From the human T2T-CHM13v2.0 reference genome, Homo sapiens, in the NCBI RefSeq assembly GCF_009914755.1, contig NC_060939.1: 64,000 bases of DNA. One strand, 5' to 3'. A model generated the notes under the pieces. The model was given only the letters and a program-made list of their open reading frames with translations. It ran no database searches and had not been told where the DNA came from. Below are positions 30,561-61,332 of the stretch, piece after piece; the first letter of the stretch is position 1, and every line of letters starts with the position of its first letter. A program made the position numbers and the translations under genes.

Positions 30561-32769
30561 CTTTGAAATCAGTTAAGAATTGAGGCACAAAAGCTGAACC
30601 AGCATTATATAGCAGTCATTTGTAGAATCTGCTTTGGGTGAAGTCACGTCAGCCTCAATTAGAGGTTTGGCAGTTGTCATGGAAATAAAGGGGACGTCTG
30701 TGAAGGTGAGTTACGATGGCATCTGGCTAGATGGGTGAGGAGAGCTAAGAGGTGCTCTGCTGTGAACCATTCAGCCTTTCCCACACGTGACTCAGGAGTA
30801 GGGGATATGAGGACTTCATTGCACCAGTGGGGAGGAGAAAAGCCATCCGCCCCATGTGCCACCAAACTGTGCACCTGACTTGTTGCTCCTGCCCACATCC
30901 CTGCCTCCTGAAGGGAGAGAGAGGCAGAGTGGGAAGACATATTGCCTAATGGTGAGGGAAAACACAGGGACTGATTCAAATGGCAGGAAACCCCTTGTAA
31001 ATGTTTGTGGTGGTTCACATTTTATTGAGACAGGATCTCGCCATGTTGCTCAGGCTGGTCTCAAGCTCTTGGATTCAAGCAATGCTCCTGCCTCAGCTTC
31101 CTCAGTAGCTGCGCAACTACAGGCCTCATTTTATCTTGTTTTAAATAGAGTCCCACTTAAAAACTCGCAATGGAGAAACAGGAAAAGGGATTTTTAAAAG
31201 CATATAAACTAGGTGTATGTGAATAAATACACAGTGTAGCTCTGGGGCTGGTTGTTGGGGCTGGGATTGCGATGGTACCATCCTTCTTGTGAAGGATGTG
31301 TTTTTTCTAATTGGGGGATAATTCCAGGTCTCGAATCTGGATGACTAGAACAGGAAGTAGAAAGTGGTTTGAAGAAGCACTAAAAAGTGGGACAATGTTT
31401 TAAACACATTGCGCATATCACATTGAAGACCTTGCTCTCTTTAATGTCTTACAAGTTTATTCCCAGGTTAAAAATAATTAAAAAAAAAAACTAGTTACTA
31501 CTATCAATACTCTGATAATGCAAGTAATCTCGATTTGTTGGGTAGATACTGGAATATCACACTTTCTTAAAATAGTATATTTTACAGTAAATATAGATTA
31601 GTCAAGTATCTTTCTGGGTCTCAATGCAAAGTTTGAGAATAGTGACATGTTATTTTTGGACCCAGCAAAATATTTTCTCAACTCTGTAAATGGGTTTAAA
31701 TTCCACCTCCCACCACTTAATAAACTTTTTTTTTCCTGCCCCGACAGGATCTTGCTTTATCGCCCAGGCTGGAGTACAGTGGTGCAATCATAACTCACTG
31801 TAATCTTGGACCCCTGGGCTCAAGCAATCCTCCCCTCAACCTCCCAAGCAGCTACAACTATAGGCACGTGCCACCACAACCCAGCTAATTTTCTTATTTT
31901 TCAGAGACAGGGTCTATGTTGCCCAGGCTGGTCTTGAACTCCTGGCCTCAAGTGATCCTTCTGTCTCAGCCTCTCAAAGTGCTGGGATTACAGGTGTGAG
32001 CCACCGTGCCCAGCCTAGCTGACCTTTTAATTTCTTTGCCTGTGAAATGGGTACTTCCCTCATACTGATGCTGTGAGAAACAAGTAAGAATGTAGTAAAG
32101 TACTCATTGCAGAGCCTAGTAGTCACTTGGGTAGTTATTAATAAACAGCTGTAAGATGATAGTCACACTCTTAACAGTAAATAAGATTATTTATTGGATT
32201 CTCCCACATTCTTCAACCTCCACCTCCTGATTAGAACAGGAGAAAAACCTGAGGCCACAAGAAATGATCAAGAAACAAAAGGCTGCGGCAGTTATCACTG
32301 CAGTTCCTATGAACTGGTTTAAATCAGCAATGAGGTATTTGTATTTTGTATTGCATTACTCCCATTAAGTTAAACCTCAATTAACTAGAACCTTTGTTCC
32401 AAAATGGTGTTGACAGCCAGGCGTGGTGGCTCATGCCTGTAATCAATCCCAGCACTCTGGGAGGCCAAGGCAGCTGAGGTCAGGAGTTCGAGACCAGCCT
32501 GGCCAACATAGTGAAACCCCATCTCTACTAAAAATACAAAAATTAGCTGGGCGTGGTGGTGGGCACCTGTAATCCCAGCTACTCTGGAGGCTGAGGCCGC
32601 ATAATAGCTTGAATCCAGGAGGTGGAGGATGCAGTGAGCCGAGATTGCACCACTGCCCTCCAGCCTTGGCAACAGAGCGAGGCTTCATCTCAAAAAACAA
32701 ACAAAAAACAAATCAAAATTCTGTTTATATTCACTTTTAGAAGAAAAAGGCAAATGACATAAAAGAGTT

Positions 32770-34410
32770 TTTTTTATATATATATATATTTATTTATTTT
32801 TAAAAACTCCAGGGGATGTCCCAAAGTTAGTAAACAGTTCTGTTTCTTGTCCCTTTTATGGCTGCATGCAGTTTCAATTGTTCAGTACAACAGATGAGGC
32901 ATTTATAGGTCTCCAACGTCAAGAAACACTAACTCATCTCTGGCATATCATATTTTTTAAGGCAGAAGTATTTTCTGTAATGGTTACTACAGAGTGTTTA
33001 CTGGTTAATTTTTAGTTAACCAGAACCACACATCCCATAGATAATTCCATTTAACTGAGGCTTATATCCGTAAGAGCATTACCATAGAAAAATTTCCCTT
33101 TAGCAATTTCAAGAGACCTCAGCCACCAATATACCTACCTTCTTTACAATATAAAGTGAAATATTACTTTAGATGAAAATTTTTTGTATCTTACTTAGAA
33201 AAAATTAAGTTGATATTTAAAAGAATTTTGATTTTTAATCACCTTCCACAACGATTTGATATACCTTAAACTCCACTTTCATTTTTTATAAGAGAATCAC
33301 TTTCAAGGGAAAAAAATGGATGTTACTATATTTTAAAATCTGCTTTATAAAAAAGTGTATAAATGTCAATCTGCCAGATATACTTCCTATCCCCAACACA
33401 GCTGTAACACTGACTAATGGGGTCATGACCATGAAGCAAATTTTACTTCCTAAATAGAAATGTGTAGGTGGCAGAAAGCGTATTTTTCAGCAGGAGTGAT
33501 TCTGTTGGATCTCTTTACAATGTCAGAGCAGTTGTTAGAAATGTTAGTATTTTATTCGGTTTCTTGCTGTGAAGGATTATCACAATGTTGAAGTGATGGC
33601 TGTTCACCCAGTCGTCATCACCGTCATCATCTCAATCTTGGGAATCATCAGCAGTGTCCCCCACACAGAGAGACAGGTATAGTGGTGCAGTTTAGTGACA
33701 GGGAATCCAGTCTTAGATCCTGTTTATATCACATTTTTGTGAATTTACACAAAATTCCATTTATAGCTTTAAAACTGTACTACATAACACATTACTATAC
33801 TACTACAAAATATCCTTCTCTATAAATGCACTGAATATTTTCTTGGGCATTTTATTAGGCCTTTTTTAGCATTATTACAAATGCTAACAACAAGATACTT
33901 CAAACCACCAAATATAAAGTCAGCTTCTTAATTTTCTGAAATTTAGTTATTTGAGTTAATAAGAATTCTGTAGGAATACTGACCCATCTCTTTTCATCCA
34001 ACCTTCAAAATAGTTAAGCCTATTTGCCCATCTCACCTAACCTTCAAAATAGTTAAAACAAAAACAAACCCAAACTAGCTATATATAACAAGAATCTTTC
34101 AATTCCCAAACTATTGAAAGACCCTAAGTCAGCCAATCTATGAAATTATACAAGATGAAGGTGAAAAAGCTGTGCTTTTTTTTAAACCATTAAACCCAGT
34201 TCTTTTCTCTTAAAGTTGTAAGAAAATGGAAAATCTGTTTTTAAATCATGCAAAGATTTAAATAAGCATTTTTCTATCTGCTCTAAGAAACTGTTTCTTA
34301 TCTTACAATTTTAAATATTCATAACACTCAAACTACTTTTTTGTGGCCATTTATGTTTTTGACACTAGATTGTATGGTATTATTTAGCCAAGATGTATTA
34401 TAATGCTAAA
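32770..34410 (-). other. BTBD1: BTBD1 3' UTR; minus-strand AATAAA at 32789-32798 (two overlapping), 33551-33556 and 33851-33856
   Basis: Repeat-free AT-rich stretch after the stop; TTTATT hexamers on the + strand. Confidence 0.75.
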
Positions 34411-34569
34411 TTATGTATAAAATATGATTTCTGGAATTTGTCCATCTTCTATTGAAGTGCCATTATTATTGCCAGGGGAACTAAAAAAGAAAAAAACAGT
34501 CTTGCTTGCAGCAGGTGTCTCATGCACTACTTTCTTCAATCCTTTTGTGCCATAGTGGGAATCTGGACC
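34411..34569 (-). CDS. BTBD1: BTBD1 last coding exon (PHR domain C-terminus)
   Basis: TTTAG|GGT; [52 protein letters not shown]. Confidence 0.96.
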
Positions 34570-35050
34570 CTAAATGAGAACAAAAGGTTCCTTAGTAATT
34601 TTCATTTAATAAGCACTCAGTTTAATGTGGTGTTTTAATTAGATTAATGTTCCATTATATTTCACTATCATTCCTATATAAAATTTTATGCTGTCATTTA
34701 GAGAAAAATGAAGTTTTTACCAAAAAACTAATTAATGAATAAAAATACTGAATGTACAGCCCAGCTATTAGAGAATAGTGAAAAGATTTTACAAAAATAA
34801 CTTTTATTTTCTGCCAAACATTCAACTGCTTACTGAAACAAAGGGCTACTTCTTAAGAAGAGCTATTTCTTTCAGAACAGAGCTGTGGGGAGAAGTACTT
34901 CTTTTCGGAAGGCAGTGGAATATTTTAGCTCCCAGCTTCTTTTCCCCCCTCTTTATAAATGGCTCAGCTGTCAGTGACTCTCAGCTTCTAAAACACACAT
35001 TCTGCAACATTCAAGAGGAAACCATCTGGAACATAGTGCATGACTCTTAC

Positions 35051-35197
35051 TTTGAGTGTTGCACATGCTGTGTAGCACACATTGGGCAGGATCTCTATGG
35101 GTTCCTTGAACATGACCCTGAATGTGTTAGCTGTCCCATCACAACTAAAGCCGGTATCATTCTGTCCCAGGGTTTGCTTTTTCTCATATTCAATGAT
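35051..35197 (-). CDS. BTBD1: BTBD1 penultimate exon (147 nt)
   Basis: TACAG|ATC...AAA|GTAAGA; [49 protein letters not shown]. Confidence 0.96.
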
Positions 35198-35279
35198 CTG
35201 TAATTTTTAAGAGACAAGTTACATTTAAGTTAAACCAAATAAAGCAAACTATAGAAAATAATATAAAGCCCTTAGCAAT

Positions 35280-36620
<1,341 letters not shown>

Positions 36621-36981
36621 AGTAACCAAGAATAAAGCAGGGTCTGCTCAGCCCCTTGGAAGTCACAGGATGCTCACACCAGTTACAAGAAATTTAGTTT
36701 CAGTCCTAGAGTTGAAAGGGCCATGAAAAAGGCAGGAGGATGTTTTAAGACTGCACAGCAGGAAGTACTAATAGAAGGGATTCCTGGACAAAGAAGAGCT
36801 CCTTATATGCTACTGCTTTTGTGAAGGACCCCAATTTTCTGCAACCAGACTTTTTAGATCAACTCTAAAACAGAACTCTTTATGCTTACAATGCTACTAA
36901 GGGGCCTTCTGATTGCTTTGACAATTATATTGAAATTTGGATTCTGTCAAAACAATATCTTAAAGTTACCTGTTTGTGTTA

Positions 36982-37245
<264 letters not shown>

Positions 37246-37814
37246 TCATCTGTTTGCTTACCAAAAAGCTTTCTAGAGTAGATTTGAACTTAAGAGGAAC
37301 CTAAGAATTGGTTTTGTAAAAGAATTTAACCTAAATACCCACTTTTGTTGTAATGATAATTTTAGTGCTATACGAGTCCAAATATTTGTACATCTTTTTC
37401 ATGAACGCAGACATCTCAGCCATTAGGACTGAAGCCCAGCATCTCAAACTACGACAATTATCAATTCAACAAATACTTACTAAGGGCTTATCATATTTAG
37501 GTACGAGGCTTGGCACTGCGGAAGTAATGGTCAACAAGACAGTTTCTACCTGCATTGTGCATACAGTCTAATGGAGGACACTGATAATGCAAGAAAGGAA
37601 TAAATAAATAATTACAAATTGTAACAAGAGCTGTGAAGGAAGTAGGCTACTCTAACAGAATACTGGTAGCAGAGGGATGGGACAGGATTCGAATGCAGTT
37701 TCCTAACTAGAATAATTAACAAGTCCAGTTTGGTCATAATAGTTAAGAAATATTGACCCATCTTACTCCATTTTGTAAATGAATAAAAACTGACATTAAA
37801 TACATATGGAACTG

Positions 37815-42423
<4,609 letters not shown>

Positions 42424-42631
42424 ATTTTAACCATTTTTAAGTGTACAGTTCAATGGCACTAAATACATTCATATCATTGTACAACTGTCACCATTATTCA
42501 TCTCTGTAACTGAATTTTGATGACATACAGGAACACCAATGGTTTTTAAATATACTTTTTATAAGTGGCCACTATTCTCTTTTATTGGTTCTAGTAGTTT
42601 TTTAGCTTGATACTGAGGTTACCTAGGTGGA

Positions 42632-44467
<1,836 letters not shown>

Positions 44468-45891
44468 TGTACATAATGCCATTAGCAAATAATCAATCAG
44501 AATTATAATAACACTGCTTTAAACAGCAAGGATATCTCTATCTTGAGGTTTCAATAGTTTATCATGTCAAACAAGTATTCTTCTAGGCCTAATCTAGTAA
44601 GAATTATATCTGGAAGGAAGGTGAAATTTTATCAAAAGCCTTTCTGACATCTATTGAAATTAAATTGTTTTTCTTCTTTGATCTGTTGTGAGAATTATAC
44701 TAATACATTTCCTAACACTGAGCCATTCTTTCAATCTCCAAATAAACTCTGTTTGGTCATACAGTGTTATTCTTCGAAGGTACAGATTCAATATCCTAAT
44801 GTTTTACACAAAATTTCTTCTTTATATTGAGATTGATCTAGAATTTTTTTTGTCTAGTCTGATGCCTATATAAGGGTTATGCTTCCTTCAATAATTAACC
44901 AAGTAGTACTTTATTCTTTTAATGCTCAAGGAAACTAACTGTTCCTTGAGGATTTGACAAAACTCACCTGTAAAAACCACCTTGTGAAGGGACAGTTCTT
45001 TGATAACTTTTAATTCCTTCCATGGTAATTGGTCTATTCAGGCTTTTCTTCTTCAGTCAATTTTGATAATTTATATTTGCCTATAAAATGATCCATTCCA
45101 TCAACATGTTCAATTTATTAGCACAGAATAAACCCAGAATTAAAATAAAAATGTCAGCATATAATTATATTCCCATTTTTGCTTCTAAATGTGAATGTTT
45201 ATTACCTTTGCCAGAGGTTTATTTATTTTATTGGTCTTTTAAAGGAACCAGCTTATGGATTTATGAATTCTACTATTTCTAATTCATTAATTTCTACATT
45301 TATCTATTTACTTTCTCTTTTCTTATAGTTCTTTTGCTATTTGTTTTCTAGCTACTTGGGCTGAATGCTTAAATCATTTATTTCTACTCTATTTACTACA
45401 AGTAGTTAATTATTACTTTTTCTTTGTGTGCAGCTTTGGCCTCATCCCATAATTTTTGCATATATTGTGAATTATTATTAAATAGTCTACAAGTACATTT
45501 TTAATTTCCATGTTAACTTAAGATTTATAATAGTCCCACATCCAACCAGATTTTTCTGTTTTAACAAACTTGTTAATTTCCAGTTTTATACTGAAGTGCT
45601 ATTAAATAAATGAAAATCCAAAAGTCATGTTTTGTGAAAACCGGCACTGATTCTATTTTGACATTCAACCTAAAGAAACACAGTACAGCAAAGACAATTT
45701 CTTCAACAGGATTATACGCATGCATTTTTCAAGATTCTTGATTTTTTTCTCAAGGCTTTTATAAATGTATACTGAGATACTTTCCCTGCAACATCTATGC
45801 AAAGAAAAAACTCACACTAAACATAGTAAGGTTACATTTATTAATTGTAGCCCTAAGCCTGTAAAAATAACGTTTGATCAATTAAGGTCTA

Positions 45892-46104
<213 letters not shown>

Positions 46105-46401
46105 TTACTCAGGAGGCTGAGGTGGGAGGATCGCTTGAACCCAGAAGGCGGAGGTTGCAGTGTGAGAGATCCCACCACTGCACTCCAGCCTGAGTGACAG
46201 AGCGACTCCATCTTGGGGAAAAACAAAAAAATCACGTAACAGAAGGTCCAACCCAATCCTTTCTTACTCTATTTTTTTCTTAAGAAGTCACCCTCACTCA
46301 TAAATCAGTGAGGAGGGCAGGATGCCTCAGTGACTTCTTGACTCCTATATTAACTTAACTTAAAAGTGTATTAAATGAAGTATAAAATGAAATGTTGGTT
46401 A

Positions 46402-46698
<297 letters not shown>

Positions 46699-46939
46699 CT
46701 AAAAAAAGGAATTTGATTTCAATTCCTAACTTTGGAATTCACTTAACGTAAATTCAAATCTAGAGGACGTAACATAAAAATAGGGGAAAAAAATCTTAGC
46801 ATATATAATTTTTGCATATATTTTAAGGTTTCAATAAATCCATTTGAGGTTAAACACATTAATTAAAATGTTAAAAGCATTAATTAGTCAAAACTTAGAT
46901 CCAGGAATAAATGCTATTCCTCATGGATGCCAGGAATCC

Positions 46940-49315
<2,376 letters not shown>

Positions 49316-49339
49316 TCAAAAAAAAAAAAAAAAAAAAAC

Positions 49340-53400
<4,061 letters not shown>

Positions 53401-53769
53401 CCAAACACTGATTCTTATCAGCAAAAACAAAAACAATCTTGGAGAAAATTGGAACAAGTATAAGTCAGAAAAAAAAATTTGGTATAATAATAAATATACA
53501 AAGAATCAATGTAAGATAAACCAGTAAAACAAAATTTGAACACACCAACAGAACAACAAAAGACATGAATAATGTAAAGGAAAATAAATAGGCCAATAAG
53601 CATAATGAAATACAATTCAGCCAGGCACACTGGCTAAGAGGTGAAGGTGGAAGAATCACTTGAGCCCAGAAGCTCATGGCCAGCCTGAGCAACATGGCAA
53701 GACTTCATCTTTAAAACTAAAATAAAATCGAAAAATAAAAAGTAATACAATTCAAAACAATCATGAAAT

Positions 53770-56745
<2,976 letters not shown>

Positions 56746-56774
56746 AATTATTTTTTAAAAAATCATGAGAGCTA

Positions 56775-57046
<272 letters not shown>

Positions 57047-57227
57047 TCAAAAAAAAAAAAAAAAAAAAAACCATGAGACTTTTCTTTCTTTTGAATCAAT
57101 CTGGCCGTGATTTAAAGGCAGATAATAGTCAATTATGACCTGGGTAATGAAAACAGGTCAGAAGTGGTCATGGAGACTCAAAACAGATCTGTCTGATTTT
57201 AATCAGAAGCATCGACCTTAAGAGTCA

Positions 57228-57593
<366 letters not shown>

Positions 57594-58075
57594 CTATACA
57601 ATGTGGATAATATAATTTTGAAGGGCTTAAAATCATACACTCGCATATATGTTTGTCATGTGATTAGTACTGAATAAAAGCTTCTTTTCCTCTCTGGCGC
57701 AGGGAGACTGATAGAATTTTTTTTTTTTTTTGAGATGGAGTCTCGTGGAATCTCGCTCTGTCGCCCGGGCTGGAATGCAACGGCATGATCTCGGCTCACT
57801 GCAACCTCCGTCTCCTGGGTTCAAGCGATTCTCCTGCCTCAGCCTCCTGAGTAGCTGAGATTACAGGTGCCCACCACCATGCCTAATTTTTTGTACTTTT
57901 AGTAGAGACGGGGTTTTACCATGTTGACAAGGCTGGTGTCGAACTCCTGTCCTCAAGTGATCCACCTGCCTTGGCCTCTCGAAAGTGCTGGGATTATAGG
58001 TGTGAGCCACCAGGCCCAGCCCTGACAGACTATTAAAACAGTTTCAAATAGATTTTGGTGAATTTATACCCTTAC

Positions 58076-58273
58076 CTGCTGCAAATTCCTCAATTGTCAT
58101 CAGTGGGAACCGGATTAAGGAAAGTGCTTTTCCTAGAACTTTTTGTTTATTCCCAAAAGTCACAGGTAATTGTTGTCTCTGACATTCTGCTTCTGCCCAG
58201 CGTACAACAGCTCCAAAAAGTCGACTTTCTCGAATACTGAGTGTGTCTCTCTCTAAAACTGCACAGAGTGTAT
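58076..58273 (-). CDS. BTBD1: BTBD1 198-nt exon (BACK region); upstream exons lie beyond the window end
   Basis: ATAG|AT...GCAG|GTAAGG; [66 protein letters not shown]. Confidence 0.96.
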
Positions 58274-58691
58274 CTATAGGCAAAATACAAAATAAACCCA
58301 ATTAGAAATATTTTAGCTCTCTAACCAAGCAATACCAACAGACACACTTATATTAAGTTTTCAGATCTCAACAAAAAATAGGTTAGACACTTAAAACTAC
58401 AGACTTTATACTTTAAAATACTAAATAATTAAAGGACTTAAACTCCAAAGTGTTCCATAAAAATCAGTTTAACAATCAATTTATTACTTACCATACATGC
58501 AATATTAAGATACAGTACTCTCCTTATATATTTATGCCATTTATCAAGTAAACTCAACTATCCAGAATAAGATTAACAAGCCACAGAAAAAGGTTCCAAT
58601 TACATAAATTCTTAAAGTCTACAGATTATAATTCATTCGTTCATTCAGTAAATATTTATTATTAAGCACTACGTGCCAGGTACTATTAGGC

Positions 58692-58696
<5 letters not shown>

Positions 58697-58747
<51 letters not shown>

Positions 58748-58750
58748 ATA
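58697..58750. repeat. (TA)n microsatellite at the tail of an antisense Alu (~58750-59036)
   Basis: About 20 TA units. Confidence 0.95.
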
Positions 58751-59049
58751 TTTTGGATATAGAGTCTCATTCTGTTGCTCAGGCTGGAGTGCAGAGGCAC
58801 AATCTCGGCTCAATGCAACCTCTGCCTCCTAGGTTCAAGCAATTCTCCTGCCTCAGCCTCCTGGGTAGCTTGGATTACTGGCACGGGCCACCACACCTGG
58901 CTAATTTTTATATTTTTAGTAGAGACAGGGTTTCACCATGTTGGCCAGCCTGGTCTCAAACTTCCGACCTGAAGTGATCTGCCTGCCTCGGCCTTCCAAA
59001 GTGCTGGGATTACAGGCGTGAGCCACCGCGCCCAGCCAGCACTGATATA

Positions 59050-60230
59050 TCACTGAACAAAAAGTTAAAAATTCCTGCCCTCATGGAGCTTACATTCTAA
59101 TGAGGAGAAACAGATTAAATAAACACAAGTAAATTCGAGTATCTTAGATGATATACATGGGCAAATATGTCAGGTTAAGGAGAATCAGAAATGCAGTTTA
59201 AAATAGGAAGGGGCCAGGCATGGTGACCCATGCCAGTAGTCCCAGCAATTTAAGAGGCTGAGACAGGAGCATGGCTTGAGCCCAGGAGTTTCAGGCCAGC
59301 CTGGGCAATATAGTGAGACCCCATCTCTACAAAAAAGTTTTTAAAAATTAGCCAGGCATGGTGGCATGCACTTGTAGTCTCAGCTACTCAGGAGGCTGAG
59401 ACAGCAGGATCACTCGAGCCTGGGAGGTTGCAGGCTGCAGTGAGCCATGATCATGCCATTGTACTCCAGCCCAGGCAACAGAGTGAGACTGTGCCAAAAA
59501 ATAATAAAATAAAATAAAATCGGGTGGTTTAGGCAGGCTTCACTTATGCCAAGACATGAAGGAAGTGGGGGAGTAAGCCAAATAGATACCTAGAGGAATA
59601 GTATTCCAGGACTAAAAGTACAAAGGCTCTCATATTAAAGTGTGCCTGGCATATCTGAGGAATGGTAAGGAGGCCAACGTGGTGGAGTGGAGTGAGCAGG
59701 AGGGAAGAGTAGCAGGCAAGGAGGCCAGAGGCTGTGGGGAGAGGGGGCAATCATGCAGCACCCTGTAGATCATTTGGCTTTTACTCTAAGTGACATGGAG
59801 AATGCCTGGAGGATTCTGAGTTGTCACATTTTATGTTCTGAAAGGATCACCCTGGCTTCTGTGTTGAGAAGAGGCTATAGTGAAGACAATATCAGTTGGA
59901 GGCTCTTGCATCGATCCAGGTCAGGGATGGTGGCCTGGACAAGGAGGGTAGCAGTGGAAGTGGTGAAAATTGATCATATTTGGAACATATTCTGAAGGAA
60001 GACTCAATTAGATTTCCTAACAGATTGGATGTGAGGTGTGATTTAAAGAGAGGAGTCAAGAATAACTGCAAGGTTTATATAGCTTATGCACTGGAGGGAT
60101 GAGGGTGGCATCAACCAAGATGGGAAAGACCACAGGAGGTGCAGGTTTGGGGTGGGGAAAGAGCTGAAGTTTCATTTTAGACATACTAAGTTTGAAATTC
60201 CTATTTGACATCCAAGTATAAACGTCATGC
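59050..60230. mobile_element. L2-like fragments with an Alu (~59212-59520, +)
   Basis: CCTGCCCTCATGGAGCTTACATTCTA; AAGTTTGAAATTCCTATTTGACATCCAAGT. Confidence 0.6.
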
Positions 60231-60659
60231 CTGTACCTCAGGTCCTCACTCAGAACCCTTTTCCTCTTATGATAGGCAAAATTAAAATAAGCTCAGTTAC
60301 TTTTAAGTTCTAACAGCCCAGAAGCAATAAGTTCAGAAGAGAAAGGGGCTTTAGAGGCTAATATACTAGAATGAAATGATAAACTGCAATCTAACAGGGA
60401 TAGAGAAAAGAGGAAATTTGTGAAAAGAAGACGTTAAGCACTTGAAAAGAATAGCTATCAAGGGTCTTATAGAGTTTTTTAAAAAAACAACACTTCACAG
60501 ACCTGAGGGCTTCACTGTACAATAATAATGTAACTGATACTTAGTGAGCATTAATAATCACAAGAATCCTAAATTATATCCAGTACATATTGTTTAATAT
60601 AGGCAGGTAAAATAAAACATTTTAGATTTCTCAAAGGGTCAAAATAAATACCCCAGTTC

Positions 60660-61332
60660 GACAGCAAGCTGCCCACGCCGACGGCAACCCTGCTCTGCAT
60701 GCCCGCCCGCCCGTGCCCACCATGGCCACAGTTCAGCAGCTGGGAGGAAGATGGCGCCTGGTGGACAGCAAACGCTTTGATGAATACATGAAGGAGGAGG
60801 AGTGGGAACTGCTTTGCGAAAAATGGACGCAATGGCCAAGCCAGATTGTATCATCACTTGTGATGGCAAAAACCTCACCATAAAAACCGAGAGCACTTTG
60901 AAAACACAGTTTTCTTGTACCCTGGGAGAGAAGTTTGAAGAAACCACAGCTGATGGCAGAAAAACTCAGACTGTGTGCAGCTTTGCAGATGGTGCATTGG
61001 TTCAGCATCAGGAGTGGGATGGGAAGGAAAACACAATAACAAGAAAACTGAAAGATGGGAAATTAGTGGTGTACTGTGTCATGAACAATGTCGCCTGTAC
61101 TCGGATCTATGAAAAAGTAGAATAAAAATTCCATCATCACTTTGGACAGGAGTTAACTAATAGAATGATCAAGCTCAGTTCAATGAGCAAATCTCCATAG
61201 TGTTTTTTTTCATTACTGTGTTCAATTATCTTTATCACAAACGTTTCACATGCAGCTATTTCAAAGTGTCTTGGATTAATTAGGATCATCCCTTTGGTTA
61301 ATAAATAAATGTGTTTGTGCTAATAAAAAAAT
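60660..61332 (+). pseudogene. FABP5 processed pseudogene (possibly FABP5P8), antisense within a BTBD1 intron
   Basis: Intronless copy with 5' UTR, CCACCATGG at 60722, 1-nt frameshift at ~60797, rest of ORF open to 61125 (...CVMNNVACTRIYEKVE*), AATAAA ~61300, A tail, 17-bp TSD AATAAATACCCCAGTTC (60643-60659, 61333-61349). Confidence 0.96.

Noticed and set aside
33510-33655. TGATGA...CTGA boxes on the minus strand suggesting a C/D snoRNA
   Set aside because: Lies in the exonic BTBD1 3' UTR, the TGATGA hits belong to a (GAT/GAC)n low-complexity run, and I see no terminal stem or recognisable rRNA guide.
34778-35203. 141-aa + strand ORF overlapping a BTBD1 exon
   Set aside because: Non-ATG start, antisense shadow of a coding exon, no supporting signals.
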